The notes under the pieces are model-generated. The model ran no database searches and had not been told where the DNA came from. It saw only the letters and a program-made list of their open reading frames with translations. Positions 50,865-62,807 of a stretch of 64,000 nucleotides of DNA are shown in pieces. Source of the DNA: Octopus sinensis (Eukaryota); NCBI RefSeq assembly GCF_006345805.1, contig NC_043012.1:33914001-33978000 (forward strand). The letters run 5' to 3'. Each line of letters begins with the position of its first letter. Positions within the stretch are counted from its first letter, which is position 1. Position numbers and translations under genes: made by a program.

Positions 50865-51505
50865 CATCATCATCATCATCGTTTAACGTCCGCTTTCCAT
50901 GCGGTTTTGACTGAGGGCTGGTGAACCAGATGACTGCACCAGGCTCCAATCTTGATCTGGCAGAGTTTCTACAGCTGGATGCCCTTCCTAACACCAACCA
51001 CTCCGAGAGTGTAGTGGGTGCTTTTACAAGCCACTGGCATGGGGGCCAGTCAAGCGGTACTGGCAACGACCTCGCTCGAATCCTTTTACACATGCCACCA
51101 GCACAGGTGCCAATAAGGCGACGTTGGTAATGATCACATTCGAATAGTGCCCTTTTACGTGCCACCGGCATGGAAGCCAGTTGGTTGCTCTGGCAACGAT
51201 CATGCTCAGATGGTGCTCTTGGCACCTTACTTGCATGGGCACAAGTGCCAGTAAGGTGACGCTGGTAACGATCACACTCGAATGGTACCCTTTTATGTGC
51301 CACTGGCACAGAAGCCAGTTAGCTGCTCACACTCGTATGGTGCTCTTTGCACCCCGCTAGTACGGATGCCAGTCATCAAATGTGATTTTGATTTCACTTG
51401 CCTCAACAGGTCTTCGCAAGCAGAATTTAGTGTCCAAGGAAGGAAAAGGTACGCATAAGCAGGCTGGTTACGCTCCTGACATGGGCCACAGGTTATGTGT
51501 TTCTA
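50865..51505 (-). mobile_element. RTE 3'-UTR fragment
   Basis: (CAT)n, core and subrepeats. Confidence 0.85.
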
Positions 51506-52770
51506 TTTGTCATGTATTCAGAGAATTTCTTTGGATATTTTTGTTGCTATGGTTTTCATGCATCATAGCAATAATATCTCAATTGGTGAGTTAGAATTTC
51601 ATTGGTAAATATTTATTAATGATTGTTGTGGATGGCTGTCACTATCAAACAGTGTCATTTATTTCCAATATATTGGTTTCAAATTTTGGCACAAGGCCAG
51701 CAATTGCAAGGGAGGAGTAAAGTTGATTACATCGACACCAGTATGCAACTGGTACTTATTTCATCAACCCTGGAAAGATGAAAAAAGGCAAAGTCAACCC
51801 TGGAAGAATTTGAACTCGGAACGTAGTAACAGATGAAATGCTGCTAAGCATTTTGCCTGGCATGCTAATGATTCTGCCAGCTTGCCACCGTATTCATTTC
51901 CAGTATTTTGCAAGAACATGTCTAACACTGGAGAAATATTACTTTGGTTGGAGACAGGTTGGCATCAGGAATGGCATTCAGTAACAGAAAATCTGCTTCT
52001 ATAAATTCCATCTGAACCAAGCAAGCATGGAATATTTGGCATTGAAATGATGAGGTGATGGTTTAATTAGAGAAAGAAAACTTAGATTTGGAGGAAATAA
52101 ACAGATATTACCATGTTGTCTGTAAACACTAACAATCCAAGGGATTGTGATTGGAATTTTTACTGGGATTTTCCAATTCCAAGGAGGAGTGGAGTGCATC
52201 CCTGTAGTGATGTATTCACTAGTGAATGACAAGGATTGAAAAAAAGAAGCATTGATTTATTGATATATTCTAAATACTTTTTTATATTGTATACTGAGAG
52301 GTTTATGTGGAGGATGTTATTACTGTAATAAGAGTAAATAAAAACAGAATTGCAGTGATGTAGTCTTTGCAAAACAAAAGCATAAGTACTCTGAATGTGT
52401 CACTGGTTTCTTGTTTATGATAGTAGCACTGACAAGAAAATATCTGTGTAACTTGGGCAGAATAAATACCACCAGGTATTTTTTCACTCTGCTTTAATTT
52501 AGGGATAATGTGGTTGTTTTTAGTCTCCCTCACCAACGACCCTGATGTCCAACCTGAACGTCTGTAGGTCAGTGTCTGCAGTAAATATATGGACAGGGAA
52601 TGAACCGGAGTAGAGTTCAGGTACTTGCAACGGAATGGTCACCTTTTGACCAGCTAGAGTCTTACCTTCACTACCCTGAGTGAGATCTGCAAATCAGTGC
52701 CTTAGGGAAATTTTGTTTGCTGATAAATATTAGACAAACTGAAAAGAATACTTTTTTTTTTCTGTTGCAG

Positions 52771-52879
52771 TTCCTCCAAGATTGACCACAGTTGTGTTCC
52801 CAATGCTGTTATGACTTATAATGGTACAGAACAGTTTCTGAAAGCTCTAGAATATATTCCTGAACCTGAACCAAACAAG
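52771..52879 (+). CDS. SMYD3: SMYD3-like exon, SET signature (SSSKIDHSCVPNAVMTYNGTEQFLKALEYIPEPEPNK)
   Basis: Poly-T ctgttgcag acceptor, gtgagt donor; 109 nt, phase 2-0; HSCxPN signature, with D in place of the canonical N. Confidence 0.95.
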
Positions 52880-52927
52880 GTGAGTAACGAGGGAAGAGGA
52901 ACCAAAAAAATGGATATAAATCATTTA

Positions 52928-53301
52928 TCTCTCTATATATATAAACGGCAAAATGTCTGTCTGTGTGTGTGTGTGTCCTTTATACAAATCCACAATTTTT
53001 CAGTTAGAGGGCTCGCACTTTCTAGGGTCATTCAAAACCGTCCAAGGGTGGTCGTGCACATCTTTACATTTCCCCAGTCACCCTGCAAAGTCATTAAAAA
53101 ATCAATAGAAGTGACTTTTTTGTGAATTTTCTATCCAAAACCCAATCAAAATGCCTGAAACTTGATACACCAATTTAATGCCAGCTAGCTGTATGTGATT
53201 GGTCGGTGATTTGGACAGTACTCATGTGTATGTGTGCATGCACGCAGCTGTATATGCATGCACTAGCACTATGACCTGGCGTTGCTGGATCATAGTGCTA
53301 G
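52928..53301 (+). mobile_element. Non-autonomous Helitron, copy 2
   Basis: A|TC start, hairpin, CTAG|T end; highly similar to 21712-22085. Confidence 0.8.
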
Positions 53302-54388
53302 TATGATTCTAAATTGTAAAGATAGACTGAGATCTAAGAACAATAGAACTGGTAGACTATTGGCTAAGTGAAAGAAAATCTTTGTTAAGAGAGACTGTCT
53401 TTCACTTGAGGACATAACTTAAATTCTGCATTATTTTGAAGGATCTTTTTTCATTTTGTATTAATGTAGGCATGTAATTTATTTGTTATTAAATATAGTA
53501 ATATAAATTATTTACAAGTTTTTAAGTTTACGAAATGATTTGTCATGAATTAGAATTTTCTTATTATTAAACAAAATTTCATCAAACTATTTCCCTGTCA
53601 TTTATAGCTGACACACTCCTCGTTGTTTTCTCCTGTATCAGTTAATATATTCAATATGTTTTGTTGAATGATACACTAAAGAGCTTTTTTATAAGTACTA
53701 CCAGAATACTTGAATCTATAAATTGTATCTTAAATTTACATATGTATAAGTTCAGCAAAATTTAGATTCAGATGAATATGGTACTTAAGTCAAAGGCACC
53801 AGAATTTCGTATGGTATTATCCATATAAATTAAATGGGGTGATTATAATCAAAATAAGCAATAAGTATATCCAAGGTAGAGTAGTACAATTGTTTCATGC
53901 TACTTCATTTTATTAAACACTGTAAGTATTACATCAGTTTTAAAATGTCAAGCAATCCTCAGTCACTTATAGAAATTTTCCAATCAAACAGACAATGCTC
54001 ATTCTTATCCCTATTTCATTTGCCAACATTATAAAGAGGGTAGATATATAGACAGAGAGGTTGATCTCATTCTTAGGAACATGATAGTAGTATATTCACT
54101 CTCTGACTAGCCGAAATTGCTAGGATGATCCGGTTCTTGACTGAAGATTTAAGGCTTCGAATGTCCCGTCCATGTTTTTCGTATCGTCTTCTAAATGTTT
54201 TACGTTCTTGTCCCAGTTTGTATTTTTCTACATATAATATATATATATATATATGCAAATATATTTACTCACTAACACACACACACACACGCACATATAT
54301 ATGTATGTAAGTGTCTGTATATATGTAACCTAATGTATGTTTATATCTATACATGTAATTAATGTGTGTTATTTGTTTTCTTCTATAG

Positions 54389-54502
54389 ATTTTCATTAGT
54401 TACATCAACACTGACAGACCAAGTTGGATCCGTAAAGATTTCTTGCGAAACAACTATTACTTTGACTGTTCTTGTGCTAATTGTAAAGAAACCGAATGTC
54501 TT
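54389..54502 (+). CDS. SMYD3: SMYD3-like exon, SET end and post-SET (IFISYINTDRPSWIRKDFLRNNYYFDCSCANCKETECL)
   Basis: ttctatag acceptor, gtaagt donor; 114 nt, phase 0-0; ISY catalytic Tyr and YxFxCxCxxC post-SET motif. Confidence 0.95.
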
Positions 54503-54531
54503 GTAAGTAACTTTTGGTTTGTTTATTTATT

Positions 54532-54561
<30 letters not shown>

Positions 54562-54563
<2 letters not shown>

Positions 54564-55482
54564 GGGTGTCCATAAAGTCTCTTTACAATTTTAAAATTTT
54601 ATTACAAAGGCAGTTGACAAGATATCTTGACCAGATTTGTTTTATTGTAATAATTGTTTATTAAAGTTTATTACCTGTTCTTTAATATACCTCAATATGG
54701 GAACCATTAGTTGCGTGAAGCACATCAAGACGGTACTCGAGTTCTTGCCATGTTGGCTGTAGGATAGCCTCATCAACGGGGGCAATGGAATTACGAATCC
54801 TTTGCTTCAAGTCAGCAATGTCCCATATCTTTGTTTGGTACACGATATCTTTTACATAACCCCATAAAAAGAAGTCCAAGGGAGTGATATCTGGCGAACG
54901 CGGTGGCCATGGAATTGGCCCATCTCTTTCAATCCATCGGTCAGGAAATGTTTGATTGAGGAACTGACGAACATGCCATCCCCAATGTGGTGGTGCACCA
55001 TCTTGCTGGAAAATGATGATTGGTTGTAAATCAATCAGTTGTGGTGCCACATATTCAGTCAGAAGGTCGAGGTAAACATCTGCAGTAATTGTTGCCTCGT
55101 TGAAGAAAAATGGACCAATTATTCGATTGCACATGATTCCACACCACACATTCCCTTTTGGACTATCCTGTTGAAGCACCCTAGTCACATGGGGGTGTTC
55201 TGATCCCCAGATTCTCACATTGCATCTGTTTAATTTCCCTGAAACATGAAAAGTCACCTCATCACTAAAACAAACTCACTTGAGGAATGCTTCATCCTCT
55301 ATTTATAGGGGTTCAGTGAATCAGTTCCCTTCCATCAACAAAGTATCTGAAACACATAAATTTAATATCGATAAAAACTTTAATAAACATTTATTAAAAT
55401 AAAACAAATCTGGTTAAAATATCTCATCAACTAACTTTGTAATAATTTTTTTAAATTTTAAAGGGTCTTTATGGACACCCTG
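54562..55482 (-). mobile_element. DD41D (rosa-type) Tc1/mariner element, internally deleted, ~110-bp TIRs
   Basis: TIR cagggtgtccataaag; 191-aa ORF; FSDE...QQDGAPPH-41 aa-DFFLWG counted by hand. Confidence 0.92.
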
Positions 55483-56157
55483 TATATCTTTTATCTTTTA
55501 CTTCTTTTAGTCATTAGACTATGGCTTTGCTGGGGCACTGCCCTGAAGAATTTTAGTCAAACGATTCAACCCCCAGCACTTGTTTCTTGTGCCACCTTAG
55601 TATTAATTCTTTTGGTCCTTTTGCTGAGCAGCTAAACTACGGGGACATAAACACACCAACACCAATTGTCAAGAAATGATGGAGGACAGACACAAAGTAA
55701 CTGTGTGATAAGAAGCTTGCTTCCCAACCACATGGTTCTGGGTTCAGTCCCACTGCATAGCACCTTGGGCAAGTGATGATGACTATGGTTGTGATTTTTA
55801 GAGATTTGTCTGTTCTATGCATCATCATCCTGTTACATCTATTTTCCTTACTAGAATTGACTAGATGCAGCATCACAGTCCAAACCAGTTTTTATTCAAA
55901 GTCACTGCCTCTCCAAGACAGGTTGGTGAACACATTTTGCCTGTACCTTCCATTTTGTTTTGTCATAGCTTGATGGCTTCCCTATCACCAACCACTTCAC
56001 AGAATGTACAGGTTGTATTTTATTGTGGCACCTGCATGGGAGTTGTTGTCATGCCTTGAACAAGACTGAAGGGTCCTCTCCACTTGATGTCTCTTCCACT
56101 TTACAGAGTGTACTGGGTAATATGTTATCATGGCCATCAACACTAAGGAGGTTGCCA

Positions 56158-56390
56158 GGCGGCGAGCTGGCAGAAACGTTAGCACGCCGGGCGAAATGCG
56201 TAGCCATATTTCGTCTGCCATTACGTTCTGAGTTCAAATTCCGCCGGGGTCGACTTTGCCTTTCATCCTTTCGAGGTCGATAAATTAAGTACCAGTTACG
56301 CACTGGGGTTGATGTAATCAACTTAATCCGTTTGTCTGTCCTTGTTTGTCCCCTCTGTGTTTAGCCCCTTGTGGGTAGTAAAGAAATAGG
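56158..56390 (+). mobile_element. SINE family A, full length, TSD ggttgcca
   Basis: Complete head and tail; direct flanking repeat. Confidence 0.92.
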
Positions 56391-56947
56391 TTGCCATGTA
56401 TTCTTTAAAACTTTCAGAATCCTCACTACCCTGGGACGAGTTGTTCATGAGTTTAGAGCCTATCTAGTCTTGCTGTAGGATGTTCTGTTATTGGTTTCAC
56501 ATTTTGGCACTAGGCCAGCAAGTTCAGGGGATGGGGGTTAATCGATTACATTGACTCCAGTATATGACTGGTACTTATTTTATCAAGGATGAAAGGCAAA
56601 GTTAACCTTGGTGGGATTTGAACTCAGAATGTGAAGACGGACGAAATGCCACTAAGCATTTTACCCAGCATATTAACAATTCTGACTTTTCTGAATCATG
56701 TTTTGAAGGACATTAGTCTACATGAAAAATTAATCTGAAGCTTCAACATAGTTTCCTATCCCGGAGGAGTAGTATCTTTCCACTATATTCTGCTCTTCAT
56801 AAATTCAGATAAACTCCATTTTTTAATGATTACAATAGATAAAAATAATTATAATGAAATAACTTCGTTTATGTTTTTTTGTTTTTAAATTTCAATTGTT
56901 TTGGAAAGTAAGTGTGGACCTAAGAGTGCAATAATTTCTGATTGAAG

Positions 56948-57020
56948 GATCGCAAACAGACCAGTGTCCATTGTCCAAATGTTCAGTGTTCTGGTTTCAT
57001 TGGAATCAGCTCTAATGATG
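56948..57020 (+). CDS. SMYD3: SMYD3-like exon, Cys-rich insert part 1 (DRKQTSVHCPNVQCSGFIGISSND)
   Basis: ttctgattgaag acceptor (weak), gtaagt donor; 73 nt, phase 0-1; in frame with both neighbours. Confidence 0.85.
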
Positions 57021-57067
57021 GTAAGTTGCTATCTACTTTTCACATTCGATTTACCAATGTCATGAAT

Positions 57068-57302
57068 ATATGTTTCTTTCTTACCCACAAGGGGCTAAAC
57101 ATGGAGGGGATAAACAAGAACAGACAAACGGATTAAGTCGATGACATCGACCCCAGTGCGTAACTGGTACTTAAATTTATTGACCCCTAATGGATGAAAG
57201 GCAAAGTCGACCTCGGCGGAATTTGAACTCAGAACGTAGCAGCAGACGAAATATGGCTACGTATTTCACCCGGCGTGCTAATGTTTCTGCCAGCTCGCCG
57301 CC
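57068..57302 (-). mobile_element. SINE family A, full length
   Basis: Reverse complement of the 56158 copy; about 90% similar by eye. Confidence 0.92.
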
Positions 57303-57519
57303 TTTTCCAGCTCACCACTGGAATATATTTCCATGTTACTCACAGAAACATTAATATCTTCAAATATCTAAAGGAATATGTTGTCGTTTAACTCCAGGTC
57401 AGTCCTGATCCAGTAGACCTATGACCAAAGGTATTCCAGACATGACTATTGTATTTTTTTTTTCCAGATGTAAGCTAAGGACACATAAGAAATTCCATAA
57501 GATGCACCCAGTGTAAGAG

Positions 57520-58660
57520 GTGTAGCAATATCAGAGGAAGGTTAACAGGGAAAATAGCTTTTGTGTGTGGAAGATACACAGGTACAATAAACACCAAAAA
57601 TGTACAGAAAATAGACTCCATCAACTGCTGGTAGGGTAAGCTAGAGGTAGTAGATAGCTTCTGTTACCTAGGTGACCAAGTTAGTAGCAGAGGTGGATGT
57701 TCCAAGAGTGTAGCTGTGAGAATAAGAATAGGCTGGGCAAAGATCAGAGAGCTTCTACCTCTGCTGGCAACAAAAGGCCTGTCTTTCAAAGTGAAAGCCA
57801 GATTGTATGATCCTGTGTGCGAGCAGCTATGCTACATGGCAGTGAAACATGGGCTGTGACAGCCAAGGACATGCATAGGCTTCAAAGAAATGAAGCCAGC
57901 ATGCTTCGCTCAATGTGCATCTTCAATATAGTGTAAGCATCTTGAGACAAAAGTTGGGCATAAGAGGCATCAGATGTGCTGTGCAAGAGAGATGACAGCT
58001 GGTATAGTCATGTGATGTGTATGGATGAGGACAGCTGTGCAAAGAAGTGCCAATCTTTAACTGTGGAGGGAATCTATGGTAGAGGTTGACCCAGGAAGAC
58101 ATGGAATAAGGTGATGAAGCATGCTCTTCGAACAGTGGGCCTCACAGAGGCAATGACTAGGGACTGAGATCTTTGGCAATATGCTGTGCTTGAGAAGATC
58201 TGTCAAGCTGGGTGAGATCATCGTTCTGGCCGATGCTGGTATCCCATAACTGGCACCCATGCCAGTAGCATTTAAAAAGCACCTTTTGAGTGTTGGACTT
58301 CACAGAGACAAAGTGGCTGATGCCGGTGGCACGTGAAAAGCCCCTTTCAAGTGTTGAGCCTTACAGGGGCAATGATGAATGACCGAGACCTTTGGTATTG
58401 TCATGCTTGACCAGAAGACCCATCAAACCAAGTAAAACTGCAGTCGTAGCAGATACTGGTCATGTGAATGGCACTCGTGCCAGTGGGACGTAAAAGCACT
58501 CATTACTTTCTTGGAGTGGTTGGCATTAGGAAGGGCATCCAACCATAGAAACCATGCCAAATCAGACTAGAGTCTAGTACAGCCTTCTAGCTTGCCAGCC
58601 CTGATCAAAGTGTCCAACCCATGCCAGCATGGACAATAGACGTTCAATGATGATGATGAG
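57520..58660 (+). mobile_element. RTE-type LINE 3' portion
   Basis: Degenerate post-RT coding region followed by the 3' UTR and (GAT)n. Confidence 0.85.
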
Positions 58661-59191
58661 ATTACATTTTCTGATATATCCTACCATTTTAAAGACAGTA
58701 GTGTCTCATTTAAGGAATATTTGGCAGCTATTTCTAACAAGCTGGGTGACCACATAGCTCTCTCATTGACTTGAAAGTAGCTGGCATATAACTCTTGTTT
58801 TATGACCTTTAGCTGAGGAGAGGAAGTTCTGACACAGAGTGAGGCGCCACTATATCACAGAAAATGTTCCCAGTGTCAGTAACTACCATTTAACCATTAT
58901 GGCTTGGAATCCAAGGCTTTATTTAGCTGGTAGGGCTTTGTTGATTTCTACCTTACAAGAATGCTTTACTGGAAATATCTAGAATTGTAAAATATCAAGG
59001 ATGGTATGAAGAGGAGGAGAAATTGTTGTGAGGCTGAATCACATGGTTTGAGTTATTACAACAGAGAAGCAGCATCCATTGCAGGGGCAACAGGAAGAAA
59101 GAATGGAGAAGACTCTGCAGTGTTGCTGTAAAAAATAAGGGTTAAATTTAGATTAAATCAATATTTCTGTTCATCTTTTGATATTTTCCAG

Positions 59192-59329
59192 GAAAGGAAT
59201 TCTTCATGTTACCATGTTCTGTCTGTGGTTTAAGAGAAGACAGCTCTGAAATTTTAGAAGAAACCAAAACACTGTGGAGTTTTGGGATTGAAAAGATACA
59301 AGAACTTCGTGAACTTGATAAATGTAAAG
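59192..59329 (+). CDS. SMYD3: SMYD3-like exon, Cys-rich insert part 2 and helix (GKEFFMLPCSVCGLREDSSEILEETKTLWSFGIEKIQELRELDKCK)
   Basis: atattttccag acceptor, gtatgt donor; 138 nt, phase 1-1. Confidence 0.9.
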
Positions 59330-59419
59330 GTATGTATAACGACACGAGTATACTGATGTTGTCTCTAAGTGCTAAAACTATTTTCAAAGTCTTCTGAGTC
59401 CAAATTCCTGGATATTGGC

Positions 59420-59897
59420 ATAAAACCATAGAACAGAAATACTTAAGGTTATATTCTGAACGCCTTACTTCCCTGGGCATGGATACATTGAAACTCCGAC
59501 GTCTGGCAGCTGATTTGGCAGACACCCATAAAATTATTAACCATCTTACAAACAATAACTCTGAGCACTTTTTTAAAATCCATCTGTCTAACACCCGTAG
59601 ACATGTTTACAAAGTCAGAAAACAGTACAGCTCCCATGACTTTTGGAAACATTTTTTCACGCTAAGAGTTGCTGAAGCATGGAACAAACTGCCGGCATCA
59701 GTTGTTAGTTGTCAGAGCACTGCATCCTTCAAAACTTCCATGCTTCCTGAGATCCGTCAACACTACACCTGATCTTTCTCCCCTTCATACAGACAAGCAA
59801 GCATGCATCTGACTTGTACACTGTTCACTTTCCAGACATTTGTACATTACTGCATATGCTTTATATGCACTTTTGACAAGTTGTGGTGCACCTGAGC
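59420..59897 (+). mobile_element. CR1-like LINE 3' end
   Basis: MDTLKLRRLAADLADTHKII...FFTLRVAEAWNKLP. Confidence 0.9.
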
Positions 59898-60345
59898 AAA
59901 AATATACTAAAATTTATGGGACATTTCATTTATTGGACATTTTGGTGTGTTATATACAAAATACACCACATACATATCATTGTCATCGTTTATAACATCT
60001 ACTTTTCCATGCCTGCATGGATCAGAAGGAATACTCTGAATAATTACTTTGCCTTTGCCATCTGTTATATGAAATCTTATTTGCTTTGTGTGTGTGTGTG
60101 TCCATAAGGTTTAAAAATCCAGGCAGATATCTAGAAAGCCCTCAGTGTTAAACAAATTTGGTTAACTATATCCAACAATCAGATATTTATAAATGCAAGT
60201 ACAATTAATATCCAAAGTAATTCTTCGTGTATGACAAACAAATCCAAAAGTAGCATTGTCGGATAAATGTGAATAGTATTTAAAATTATTGATTCTCTAA
60301 CGACCATCGCTGACAATGGACCTCTCCTGTACTCACTCTTGTTAG

Positions 60346-60523
60346 ATTATGAAAACGAGTTGCAGCTAGCAGAAGAAACACTTACCATTCTCAAAGAGAC
60401 CAGAATTCACGAAACTAACTTGATTTATGTTGAAGTAATGGAACTTGCTAAAGAAGCTTGTATTGAATTGAGACTTTGGTCAAAGGCAGCATATTATGGC
60501 AACAAAGTTTGGCCGCAGAGAAT
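60346..60523 (+). CDS. SMYD3: SMYD3-like exon, TPR-like C-terminal domain (DYENELQLAEETLTILKETRIHETNLIYVEVMELAKEACIELRLWSKAAYYGNKVWPQR)
   Basis: ctcttgttag acceptor, gtaagt donor; 178 nt, phase 1-2; NxY...AxxACIxLxxWxxAxxYG matches the SMYD2/3 CTD. Confidence 0.93.
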
Positions 60524-60614
60524 GTAAGTAATTCTTTTATTATTGCTAACCAAACTAGAGAAACTAGAAGAGTCATCACCATCAATATATACATATATAT
60601 ATATATATACCTTT

Positions 60615-61523
60615 GGCATAGTTCTCAGGCAAGAATCAGTGTGACAAAGTTGGCACCAGAAATTATAGGATACTGGCATGGCCAAGCGGTTGGTTCAAAT
60701 GCTCTAATTGCTGACAGTAGACTTGAGCATTGATTGTTGCATTAGATGGTAACAATTCAAAGTAAATTACTCCTTTGCAATCCCACCAAATAGAGAGGAG
60801 AACCTTTTTCCTCATGAAGTTCCCATCTCGGTTGTGGTTGAGCTTTTTCCCTTTTACCAAGTCACTGTTTACGACGTTTAACATTTCTATAGAAGATCCA
60901 TTTTTCATTCCCAGTCACAAGTCTATTCAAAAAGGGTGAAATGAGAGCAGATGTCAACTTGGGATATGCGGTTGCTTTCGGACAATTCATGAGGCACCGA
61001 TTTTCCAAGTTTAGGAATCTTTCCAAGTTGTTGAAGATGACAATGAACAGTTGTATGGTTTGAACAAAGCTTTATTGCCAATTCTTCAACTGATAATGCA
61101 GGATTTTCTTCAAGTGATACCTCAAGGAGCTTATCATCAAACACAGCTGTTCGATCTTCATCTTCAAGGCTGAAATCTCCACTTCTGAATTTTGCGAACC
61201 GTCTTCTGCAAGTTCTTTCATTCAAGCATTCTTCCCATAAACTGAGCGGATGTTTTGAGTCGTTTCGGCTGCAAGAGTTTCCTTTTTTGTACTCATAAAG
61301 CATTCTGTGCCTCAAATGCTCTTTGGATACTTCCATGTTAGAAAGGGTTCTAATCAAAGAAATTTTAATTCTATTATTCTGCAAAATAATATTTAATTAG
61401 CTTAAATGTACACAAATGCACAAAAATAATTTTTAATTCCATTAGACATTCTAAAATACTATTAAATTTCATTCAATCTTAAAAAAGGTAAAATCAGACA
61501 GAACTTATGGGATGACCTGATAT
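60615..61523 (-). mobile_element. mariner, 5' two-thirds
   Basis: MEVSKEHLRHRMLYEYKKG..FRSGDFSLEDEDR..VPHELS; VLLSIWWDCKGVIYFELLP; TIR gaacttatgggatgacctgata. Confidence 0.9.
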
Positions 61524-61632
61524 ATTACCAAATATCCAAATGTATATTTTATTTTTCTCATCATGATTTCTTATATTTTATGTTTAATTTGTTTTTTCTT
61601 TATTTTCTGTTTTCCTTGGTGGGGGAAAAAAG

Positions 61633-61741
61633 GCAATATTTTGAACATTCTGACTTCAGAGTTGGTTTATTGCTGTATGAATTAGGGAAGTTGTATCTGA
61701 ACGCCATGGAAATTGAAAATGCCAGAGAAATATTTAGAAAG
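61633..61741 (+). CDS. SMYD3: SMYD3-like exon, CTD (MQYFEHSDFRVGLLLYELGKLYLNAMEIENAREIFRK)
   Basis: AG at 61631-32, gtaact donor; 109 nt, phase 2-0; GxxxxxLGKL motif of the SMYD CTD. Confidence 0.92.
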
Positions 61742-61762
61742 GTAACTTTTGTTTTTGTTTCA

Positions 61763-62615
61763 TCTGGGTCTGGGAAGTCAAGAGGCTGCACCAGGCTCCA
61801 GTCTGATCTGGCAGTGTTTCTACAGCTGGATGCCCTTCCTAACGCCAACCACTCCATGAGTGTAGTGGGTGCTTTTCACGTGCCACCGGCATAGAAGCCA
61901 GTTAGGGTAGCGCTGCCATCAACCACATACGGATGGTGCTTTTTACGTGCCAGGGGCGGCTGGCAACAGCCACGATCAGTTGGTGCTTTTACTTGCCACC
62001 AGCACGAGAATTTAAAAGGGAGACAATTTTATCCACTGATGATCTCCCATGTCTAATTTTCAATATCAATCCCTACTAATTCTACTCTTCATTCTGTTTC
62101 TCCTTCTCACACCTTGTCTGGGCCCTTTTCGTATATTACGTTTTTTGCTCTGCATTCTCATCCCATCCCATTTCAAATCACTTGGATTTGACTGCAAACT
62201 TTGACCATCCTTCCCTTACACACTACTCATTAACCCCACTACCCTCACATTTCTTCATTCATTTTGACACAAATCGAAATCGATCAAAAATCAATGGAAA
62301 TTGTAGTTGTGATATCAGTGCCGGTGGCATGTAAAAGAACCATCCGAACATGGCCGTTGCCAGCGCCACCTTGACTGGCCTCCGTGTCGGTGGCACGTAA
62401 AAACCACCAACCGATCGTGGCCGTTACCAGCTTTGCCTGGCACGTAAAAAGCACCCACTACACTCACGGAGTGGTTGGCGTTAGGAAGGACATCCAGCCA
62501 TAGAAACACTGCCAGATCAGACTGGAGCCTGGTGCAGCCTCCTGGCTTTCCAGACCCCGGTCGAACCATCCAACCCATGCTAGCATGGAAAGTGGATGTT
62601 AAATGATGATGATGA
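61763..62615. mobile_element. Inverted pair of RTE 3'-UTR fragments (61763-62005 minus; 62270-62615 plus)
   Basis: ggctgcaccaggctccagtctgatctggcagtgtttct versus its reverse complement at about 62500-62540. Confidence 0.85.
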
Positions 62616-62807
62616 TAATTTCTTCAACCCACCTCTCTCTATTCTCTCATTCACCTTCAACAACTCTTCTATTTATTATTTCTTTGGTGACACAAACCTT
62701 CACCATCATTTTCTTTTAACTCAGTAACTTACTATTTCTAGTTAGTTTTATGATATTTCCTGTATTTGAAATGTTAACAATAACTTTAATTTTTTTTTTT
62801 TATGCAG

